Positions 33,398 to 38,555 of a DNA stretch of 38,555 nt are shown one piece after another. Positions within the stretch are counted from its first letter, which is position 1; the number at the start of each line of letters is the position of its first letter. The stretch is from a virus. The notes under the pieces are model-generated. The model saw only the letters and a list, made by a program, of their open reading frames with translations, was not told the DNA's origin and did no database searches. A program made the translations under genes and the position numbers. The DNA lies in IMG/VR virus record IMGVR_UViG_3300020122_000242, positions 1 through 38,555 of that record. The stretch is one strand, 5' to 3'.

Positions 33398-33738
33398 GCT
33401 GCTACTCCTTCGGTCTTCCAATTCGGAAATGGCACTTCGGATGCCCGATCCCACCATGGTTTTCGCCAACCTCTGAATCCGGGGATCGTCTCCGGAATCG
33501 TGATCGCGACCGCGCCGCCCTGCCGGCAAATGCAACCCGGTTGAACCCGCGTGACGGGCGCATACCCTCGCAATCGGCCCCAAGCGACGATATACAGCCG
33601 CTCGCCAGGCAGAATCGGCGCAAGCTTGGTGCCCAGATAGAATCCCCATTCCTCGCCAGTGACGGGCTCGCCGACGCAATCGCCTTCATCGAGCCATTCG
33701 GGCCAGAACCATTTCGGCACCGTCACCACGAGATCCAT
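33394..33738 (-). CDS. Hypothetical protein
   Basis: Trimmed to ATG 33738 (MDLVVTVPKWFWPEWLDEGD..). AAAGGGGAGGGG lies immediately upstream. Confidence 0.5.
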   Translation of the reverse strand: MDLVVTVPKWFWPEWLDEGDCVGEPVTGEEWGFYLGTKLAPILPGERLYIVAWGRLRGYAPVTRVQPGCICRQGGAVAITIPETIPGFRGWRKPWWDRASEVPFPNWKTEGVAA

Positions 33739-33898
33739 CCCCTCCCCTTTCGTTCTGGAAGAACCGGGCCGCCCTTCCTTGGGCGTGCACACCTGCACCC
33801 GGCACTGCACTTCGTTGGTATTCGGCGTGCAGCAAAAGAGGCGTTTTTATTCCCAGCCTTTACGCGAAGGCCGGACTCTCAACTGCACGCCGAAATCC

Positions 33899-34126
33899 TT
33901 ACGCCGCCAACTGCGCGGTCGTGTACTCGACCCACATCCCGAGCGCCATCATTTCCACGAAGGCATCGGAGGCGCCCTCCATCGCCGCCTGCTCGGCCTC
34001 CGACCACTTCTGTAGCTCGCCCGCCGCGAAGTGCGTCCACGCTGCCTGTACATCGCGCTCTTTCTTCTCGTCGATCATCGCGAGATTCCGCAGCTTGTGA
34101 ATCACTTTGTCGCGAAACGTCTTCAT
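33899..34126 (-). CDS. Hypothetical small protein
   Basis: Trimmed to ATG 34126 (MKTFRDKVIHKL..). GGAGG lies 7 nt upstream. Confidence 0.5.
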   Translation of the reverse strand: MKTFRDKVIHKLRNLAMIDEKKERDVQAAWTHFAAGELQKWSEAEQAAMEGASDAFVEMMALGMWVEYTTAQLAA

Positions 34127-34203
34127 GCGGATTCCTCCGTTAGTTCTGCTAATCGAATCGCGACCCCGGCCAACTTCACTCGCCAATATGCCGCCGCCGC
34201 CTC

Positions 34204-34398
34204 TTATGCCGTCGGCCAGGATCGGCGCGATTTCTGCCGATGTGCCTGGTTCGGCATTACGCGCCAGCCGAATTCATTTGAGCCCGTGACGCGCCCAAGC
34301 ACCGCCGAACCACCGAGATCGCCGCCGGACGCCCAGACTCGCCAGCAATGAGGATTGAGCCGTTCGGCTTGATAACTGCGCTTTTTTAAGCCCTTCAT
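34204..34398 (-). CDS. Hypothetical small protein (64 aa)
   Basis: ATG 34398 has AGAGGA 7 nt upstream and an ATGA overlap with the preceding small ORF. GC3 is only about 64% by hand count. Confidence 0.4.
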   Translation of the reverse strand: MKGLKKRSYQAERLNPHCWRVWASGGDLGGSAVLGRVTGSNEFGWRVMPNQAHRQKSRRSWPTA

Positions 34399-34568
34399 GC
34401 CGGGATCCTCTGCTGGTCGGGGTTGTGCATCCGTTCGTGCATGGCGCACAGCCACAGGCCATGCTGCCGCTTTCGCGTCCGCGCGCCGCACTGCCGCGTC
34501 GTGACCCGCACCTTCCCGCGCCGGATGATCCACTGACAGCGGTGGGTTCCTTCGCGCATGGGAATCAT
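34395..34568 (-). CDS. Small Cys/His-rich basic protein (57 aa, not in the ORF track)
   Basis: The sequence is MIPMREGTHRCQWIIRRGKVRVTTRQCGARTRKRQHGLWLCAMHERMHNPDQQRIPA. ATGA overlaps occur at both ends (34565-68, 34395-98). GC3 is about 86% by hand count, versus about 55% for the listed overlapping frame. Confidence 0.5.
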   Translation of the reverse strand: MIPMREGTHRCQWIIRRGKVRVTTRQCGARTRKRQHGLWLCAMHERMHNPDQQRIPA

Positions 34569-34747
34569 GGCGCATTCCCGTTCGCCCGCGCCGCCTGAAG
34601 CTGCTTGCGGTAGGTGCGCTCCAGGAGCCGCTTGAGCAGCATGGAAACGCTCTGGCCGCGCCGGTCTGCCTGCGCCCGAATGACGGACGCGAACAGCGGG
34701 TCAACCTTGGTTCCCAGCACGGGGTATTTGCTTTTCTCGATCTCCAT
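34565..34747 (-). CDS. Ribbon-helix-helix (Arc/CopG-like) DNA-binding regulator
   Basis: 60 aa. ..LGTKVDPLFASVIRAQADRRGQSVSMLLKRLLE.. has a beta-strand plus two-helix RHH layout. It is the first gene after a promoter-like element. Confidence 0.6.
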   Translation of the reverse strand: MEIEKSKYPVLGTKVDPLFASVIRAQADRRGQSVSMLLKRLLERTYRKQLQAARANGNAP

Positions 34748-34753
34748 AGAACC

Positions 34754-34782
34754 CTTATAATCGGGGTTAACTACAGAGTCAA
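34754..34782 (-). promoter_or_regulatory. Sigma70-like promoter TTGACT-N17-TATAAG for the RHH gene; near-leaderless transcript
   Basis: Minus strand: TTGACT (34782-34777), a 17-nt spacer, TATAAG (34759-54), then ggttct, then ATG 34747. There is no room for an SD. Confidence 0.5.
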
Positions 34783-34825
34783 GCGGGAATTTGCGGGATC
34801 GGTTACTACGAGGATACCAACTAGC

Positions 34826-34839
34826 GTTTCACGTGAAAC
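34826..34839. promoter_or_regulatory. Perfect 14-bp palindrome GTTTCACGTGAAAC (operator candidate)
   Basis: Read directly. It lies 44 nt upstream of the -35 box and 1 nt after the holin-like gene stop. Confidence 0.45.
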
Positions 34840-34840
34840 A

Positions 34841-35278
34841 TTAGCTGGTCAGCTTCTTCCAGTCGGGGATGACCGGCTGGGCGGGCGCCTCGGGCTTGTT
34901 GCCGCGGGCGTCCTGGGCCTTCTGCTCGATCTTATCATCGGCCCGCCGCTCGCGCAGGGGCACGCTGCCGGTCAGGTCGAGGATCCCGAAGAGCAGACAG
35001 ATCAGCATGGCCATGGTCAACCCGAGCCGCGGGCCGCTGTTGATCAGGCGTCCGACGAGCTGGTAGCCCGGATGCACGGCGTCCACCTTGTCGGCATCGG
35101 GAGCCGCTTCCGCGATCTTCGGGGCCTTGATCAGTGTCCCGAGGGCAATCCCCACTCCCGCGGCAATCAGCCACACGCCGGGCTGCGAACCCCAGTCCTT
35201 GGTGGTCTTCCAGAGCGCCGCAAGCAGCTCGCCTAGGGCGACGACGTCCACAACGCCGGCGGCCAAATAGATTCCCAT
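34841..35278 (-). CDS. Holin-like three-TM protein
   Basis: ORF trimmed to ATG 35278 (AAGGAG 5 nt upstream). TM candidates are IYLAAGVVDVVALGELLAALW, VWLIAAGVGIALGTLI and LGLTMAMLICLLFGILDL. It has a charged C-terminus and lies adjacent to the endolysin. Confidence 0.6.
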   Translation of the reverse strand: MGIYLAAGVVDVVALGELLAALWKTTKDWGSQPGVWLIAAGVGIALGTLIKAPKIAEAAPDADKVDAVHPGYQLVGRLINSGPRLGLTMAMLICLLFGILDLTGSVPLRERRADDKIEQKAQDARGNKPEAPAQPVIPDWKKLTS

Positions 35279-35292
35279 GACGACTCCTTGGG

Positions 35293-35691
35293 CTAAGCCA
35301 CGTCCTGCACATGATGCAGTTCGAAGTGATCCAGATCGTCCAGCACCCCAGGGCCATTCCGAGTGCCGTTCCAGGCGCCGCCCCAGCGGATGGGGATCCC
35401 CAATTCCTTTGCCTTCGGAAGCACAATCTCTTCGGCAAATCGGATGAACCGCTCCTTGTCGTTCCAATCCAGAGGCGAGGGGGCCGCATCTACCGCTTGG
35501 GACGGCCGGAGCAAGTGCTTGCTATGCTGCGTGCGGCTAACGCCGATCGCGACATTATGGGCTTGTTGCTCTTCGGTGCGCTCGCCTTGTACGATCACGA
35601 CGCCGAAATCCTCCGCAATCGCCCGAAACAACCGAACCAATTCGGGCGCGCACGTGTCAAGTCGTGCTTGACAACTGGAAGACATCGACAT
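35293..35691 (-). CDS. Endolysin, peptidase M15 (VanY / L-Ala-D-Glu peptidase-like)
   Basis: HSKHLLRPSQAVD (His..Asp zinc ligands) and WGGAW....DLDHFEL (third His) follow the M15 pattern S.H....A.D ... D..HFE. Confidence 0.75.
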   Translation of the reverse strand: MSMSSSCQARLDTCAPELVRLFRAIAEDFGVVIVQGERTEEQQAHNVAIGVSRTQHSKHLLRPSQAVDAAPSPLDWNDKERFIRFAEEIVLPKAKELGIPIRWGGAWNGTRNGPGVLDDLDHFELHHVQDVA

Positions 35692-35694
35692 GGC

Positions 35695-36006
35695 CTAGTT
35701 CCCCGGGAAGCGTTTCACGACGTTGACCGCCGATTTCTCCGGAATCCCCAGCGCCGCCTCGATCCGCGCCAGGCTCTGCCGCATGGGTAGCAGCTTCGCA
35801 TCCACCCGGGCATCGATCACCCAGATCCAGAGCGCCACGCCGGCGGTGATCGCGCTTAGGCCGAAGGCCGCGCCGCCGATCAGCACGCTCGCCTTCGTCC
35901 ATCCGGAGATTTTACGATCCATGCGCCTCCGAGGGTTCGCGTGTCGCCAATCGAAGCCGCTCGGCGTTCCCGAGCTGGTGTCCGTCTGCGTTGGAACGGG
36001 AAGCAT
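35695..36006 (-). CDS. Single-TM lysis-cassette protein (holin/antiholin or i-spanin-like)
   Basis: 103 aa with TM ASVLIGGAAFGLSAITAGVALWIWVI followed by a helical tail. It lies directly upstream of the endolysin. Confidence 0.5.
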   Translation of the reverse strand: MLPVPTQTDTSSGTPSGFDWRHANPRRRMDRKISGWTKASVLIGGAAFGLSAITAGVALWIWVIDARVDAKLLPMRQSLARIEAALGIPEKSAVNVVKRFPGN

Positions 36007-36013
36007 CGCGCCC

Positions 36014-36808
36014 TTAAAGATCGGTCTTGATCATCGCGTCGACCTGCTTGCCGAAGCCGCGGCGCCGGAGGAACGGATAATCGTTCTCCGCCAGGTATCG
36101 CCGCTCCGCATCCTCGCCGTAGAATTCTTCAACCTGCCCGATGGTCAAGACGTGTCCCGGTCCCTCCATTTCGTCCATGCAGCGTTGCCGATCGGCGTCG
36201 CTGATGTAGGGCCACCGCTCGTCCACGATCTGCCCCTTGAGCACCAGTTCCACCAGCTCATGCTCCAGCAAGTCGGCGATATCCCGCTGGTCCTGCTCCG
36301 CGCTGGGCTTGACGGGGGGATTCACCATCACGGCGCGCTCGACCAGGATCTCCATGTTGGGCGGAACGCCCTTCGGGCCCGGCGTCGTGTCGCCCTGCCA
36401 GCAGATCCCGTTGACTTCCGGATTTTTCTCGACCAGACGCACGTCCAGCGACTTGTACCGGAGCGGAATCTGCGTACCCGGGTGAAAGCCCGCGGGCTTC
36501 GGGTCGAGCGAGTTCCAGAGATTGCTGAGGCTCGCCTGCTCTTTCACGCCGACATCCGCCGTCCAATCATTGGTCGCCCCGCGGAGCTGGGTACGCGAGA
36601 GCCAACGCCGCGTGCCGCCGTTTGCGCGCAGCACCAGCAGGTGCACCGCCGCAATCCCCCGCACCATATCCCCATCGCGGTAGTAGACCCGCTCGCGCAG
36701 CATGAACTGCTTCCCGATCGGACGCCCCACATCCGTGATGCGCGCGGATTTCCATTCCCCGAGCGGGGCCTGGGGCATCTGCGGAACGGGTTGGGCAATC
36801 GCTTCCAT
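36014..36808 (-). CDS. Hypothetical protein
   Basis: 264 aa with an ATG start, tightly abutted by its neighbours. No motif was recognised. Confidence 0.6.
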   Translation of the reverse strand: MEAIAQPVPQMPQAPLGEWKSARITDVGRPIGKQFMLRERVYYRDGDMVRGIAAVHLLVLRANGGTRRWLSRTQLRGATNDWTADVGVKEQASLSNLWNSLDPKPAGFHPGTQIPLRYKSLDVRLVEKNPEVNGICWQGDTTPGPKGVPPNMEILVERAVMVNPPVKPSAEQDQRDIADLLEHELVELVLKGQIVDERWPYISDADRQRCMDEMEGPGHVLTIGQVEEFYGEDAERRYLAENDYPFLRRRGFGKQVDAMIKTDL

Positions 36809-36809
36809 G

Positions 36810-37325
36810 CTATTCGATCCGGATGGCTTGAATCGCGCCCTTGAACGTATCGAGCAGCGCGCCCAGCAGCCTGCCCTTCAGGTAGACCGTCGCGCCGCCG
36901 ACCCCGATTTGCTGGTTCCAAACGAGGAAGCGCGCGCCTCCCGCAGCAATCGCGATATCCGTGCGCTGGTTGACATCCTCAATATGGTCAGTCGCGACGT
37001 TCCCACTGTTCAGGCTGAGCGCGACCGACACGCCGGTAACGAGCGTCAGCAGCCCGACCGAAACCTCCGCCACAATCAGCCAATTCCCTTGCGTGAGCAA
37101 TAGAGAATTGATGTTCCCCCATGTGTTCAACCCGAAGCCCGAGCCGACGGCCGCCGCACCCGTGGCCGTCGCCTTCCACTCGCCGACGCTTCCGGCCGGC
37201 ACCGCCGCACCGCTCGTATCGCCCGTGTAAGGCGGAGCTGGGGTTGCGCCGGTCGCCCCGATGTTTCCCTGAGCGCCCTGTATCCCTTGGCCTCCGATCG
37301 GCCACCGGCTCCATGGCGTGGTCAT
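36810..37325 (-). CDS. Collagen-like repeat protein with a C-terminal globular domain (fibre-like)
   Basis: Trimmed to ATG 37325 (ATGA overlap). It has six G-X-Y triplets (GGQGIQGAQGNIGATGAT), then ..VPAGSVGEW.. and a beta-rich C-domain, as in BclA/C1q-like phage fibres. Confidence 0.6.
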   Translation of the reverse strand: MTTPWSRWPIGGQGIQGAQGNIGATGATPAPPYTGDTSGAAVPAGSVGEWKATATGAAAVGSGFGLNTWGNINSLLLTQGNWLIVAEVSVGLLTLVTGVSVALSLNSGNVATDHIEDVNQRTDIAIAAGGARFLVWNQQIGVGGATVYLKGRLLGALLDTFKGAIQAIRIE

Positions 37326-37708
37326 ACGCTGGCGCTCCCCACGCACCGCGTGCTGGCCTTGTCGCCGACCCCGCCGCTCGTGGGCGTCCAGACCACGCGC
37401 ACATTCCGCACGCCAGGCTTGTCGATGTCGAAGACCGGGTTCTGGTTCGCCGGCGTCGTGGGGAGCGTGATCGCCGGAATCGACATGTCCGTGCCGTCGG
37501 TCGCGACTGGCTTGACCGCATTCGTCCCCTGCACCTTGAACGTCCCGGCCGGGGCGTTCCCGAAGGTCATGGGGATTTCAATGGTCAGCTTGTCGAAGCT
37601 GTTCTCGTTGACATGACAGGGAATCCAGGCACCTGTCCAAGACGCCGCCATGTCCTTTCCGCTGTCGGCGATATAGGGCGAGTCCGCCCCGCCCATCAGG
37701 ATACGCAT
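37322..37708 (-). CDS. Hypothetical beta-rich protein, first gene of the minus-strand array
   Basis: The track start is TTG 37726. ATG 37708 has GGAG 5 nt upstream (MRILMGGADSPY..). Confidence 0.55.
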   Translation of the reverse strand: MRILMGGADSPYIADSGKDMAASWTGAWIPCHVNENSFDKLTIEIPMTFGNAPAGTFKVQGTNAVKPVATDGTDMSIPAITLPTTPANQNPVFDIDKPGVRNVRVVWTPTSGGVGDKASTRCVGSASV

Positions 37709-37734
37709 GTTCGCTCCGCTGGACAAAACCGGGG

Positions 37735-37763
37735 TTGACTTCGGTTAACCTTTGGGGTAGGCT
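37735..37763 (+). promoter_or_regulatory. Candidate promoter TTGACT-N17-TAGGCT for the plus-strand cassette
   Basis: It lies in the 90-108-nt divergent gap. The -35 is perfect except for the last base. The -10 keeps T1, A2 and T6. GGGAG (37806-10) lies 6 nt before ATG 37817. Confidence 0.4.
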
Positions 37764-37816
37764 GGTCTTGCCTGTCGATTTCGGCGGGATGCTCGAAACC
37801 TTCTTGGGAGATCCGT

Positions 37817-38092
37817 ATGTCACGACCTGTGGTGGTTACCACCGAACATCGAGGCGTCTTCTTCGGCTATGCCGACGATACGACCGGTTCCATCATCGAT
37901 CTGAAGCAAGCCCGGAACTGCATCTACTGGAGCCCCGCCGTCAAGGGCTTCATCGGCCTAGCCGCGACCGGCCCGGATGCCAAAAGCCGCGTGGGCCCGG
38001 CAGCCGACATGCAATTGCGTGCCATCACCGCCGTTCTGGAGTGCACCCCCGAAGCCGTGAAGGCTTGGGAAGGCGAACCATGGGGCAAATAA
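37817..38092 (+). CDS. Conserved small hypothetical protein (91 aa)
   Basis: It has a good SD. VVVTTEHRGVFFGY....G.IIDLKQARNCIYWS..VKGFIGLAATGP resembles a recurrent phage family of unknown function, as far as I recall. Confidence 0.65.
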   Translation: MSRPVVVTTEHRGVFFGYADDTTGSIIDLKQARNCIYWSPAVKGFIGLAATGPDAKSRVGPAADMQLRAITAVLECTPEAVKAWEGEPWGK

Positions 38093-38555
38093 TAACTGAC
38101 AATTCTGGCTATGGCTATGGCTATGGCTCTGGCTCTGGCTCTGGCTATGGCTATGGCTATAGCTCTGGCTATGGCTCTGGCTCTGGCTCTGGCTATGGCT
38201 CTGGCGATGGCTATGGCTCTGGCTCTGGCTCTGGCTATGGCTATGGCTCTGGCTCTGGCGATGGCTATGGCTATGGCTCTGGCTATGGCTCTGGCTCTGG
38301 CTCTGGCTCTGGCTATGGCTCTGGCTCTGGCTCTGGCGATGGCTATGGCTATGGCTATGGCTCTGGCTCTGGCGATGGCTCTGGCTCTGGCTATGGCTAT
38401 GGCTATAGCTCTGGCTATGGCTCTGGCTATGGCTCTGGCTCTGGCTATGGCTATGGCTCTGGCGATGGCTATGGCTCTGGCTCTGGCGATGGCTATGGCT
38501 ATGGCTATGGCGATGGCTATGGCTCTGGCGATGGCTCTGGCTATGGCTATGGCTC
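38080..38555 (+). CDS. (Gly-Tyr/Ser/Asp)n alternating-repeat protein, 5' part (166 aa in total, ending at 152 after the circular junction)
   Basis: ATG 38080 has GGGAAGG 6-7 nt upstream and a 13-nt overlap with the upstream gene. It reads MGQIITDNS then GYGYGYGSGSGS.... All three plus frames are open, so the frame choice rests on start, SD and stop placement. Confidence 0.5.
   Translation, partial: MGQIITDNSGYGYGYGSGSGSGYGYGYSSGYGSGSGSGYGSGDGYGSGSGSGYGYGSGSGDGYGYGSGYGSGSGSGSGYGSGSGSGDGYGYGYGSGSGDGSGSGYGYGYSSGYGSGYGSGSGYGYGSGDGYGSGSGDGYGYGYGDGYGSGDGSGYGYG
38104..38555. repeat. Hexanucleotide GGC-T[A/C]T / GGC-GAT array (main part)
   Basis: About 75 consecutive 6-nt units. The only deviations are two ggc-to-agc changes (38161, 38407). 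Confidence 0.95.
38429..38555. repeat. 127-nt terminal overlap identical to nt 1-127 (circular assembly signature)
   Basis: Compared base by base: all 127 positions are identical, and the Y/S/D order is aperiodic, so this is not a trivial repeat match. Confidence 0.9.

Noticed and set aside
34826-34839. The 14-bp palindrome as a transcription terminator for the lysis genes
   Set aside because: As a perfect palindrome it has no loop, so at most 5 bp could pair, and there is no U-tract. A protein-binding operator is more plausible.
38104-38555. Could the periodic array be a CRISPR array or a non-coding satellite?
   Set aside because: The period is 6 nt with no spacers, and there are no cas genes. 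The array is bounded exactly by a start context and a stop codon in one frame, so a coding microsatellite is the better reading.
38429-38555. The terminal 127-nt duplication as a biological direct terminal repeat (packaging terminus)
   Set aside because: It sits in the middle of an ORF and of a low-complexity array. The overlap has the size typical of an assembler k-mer overlap. A circularisation artefact is more likely than a true DTR.
1-38555. Looked for an integrase/attP, a CRISPR array, a toxin-antitoxin pair, a reverse transcriptase (DGR/retron) and IS elements
   Set aside because: I found no catalytic motif (R..H..R..Y, YxDD, DDE), no spacer-repeat architecture and no terminal inverted repeats on either strand.

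Overview
This GC-rich 38,555-nt window looks like a complete, circularly closed phage genome. The last 127 nt (38429-38555) are identical to nt 1-127, so the unique circle is 38,428 bp. It holds about 50 tightly packed genes, and all but three are on the minus strand. At least 14 junctions are ATGA stop/start overlaps. Minus-strand order, from high to low coordinates: two fibre-like proteins (one collagen-like); a lysis cassette (TM protein, M15 peptidase endolysin, 3-TM holin-like protein); an RHH regulator with its own promoter and operator candidates; small early genes; an HNH endonuclease; a possible Acb2/Tad1-like protein; a replication initiator with internal iterons; a DNA-modification island (beta-class N4/N6 MTase, a C5-MTase locus with a second protein-like frame, a DUF5131/Gp37-Gp68 protein); a HAD phosphatase; a membrane protein; TerS and TerL; three tRNAs (Thr-CGU, Gly-GCC, Gly-UCC). 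A P22-type virion module follows: portal, scaffold, P22-like coat, 4x repeat-domain protein, gp4-like adaptor, gp10-like hub, needle/fibre-like protein, ejection proteins, Gly-rich tail fibre. The only plus-strand unit is a 3-gene cassette spanning the circular junction. It encodes a 91-aa protein, a 166-aa strictly alternating (Gly-Tyr/Ser/Asp)n protein written as a GGC-TNT hexanucleotide array, and a minimal matrixin-like lipoprotein metalloprotease. I recognised no integrase, DNA polymerase, helicase or primase. All family calls come from motifs read by eye; no searches were run. Start codons were refined by hand from the ORF track, which also uses GTG/TTG starts.
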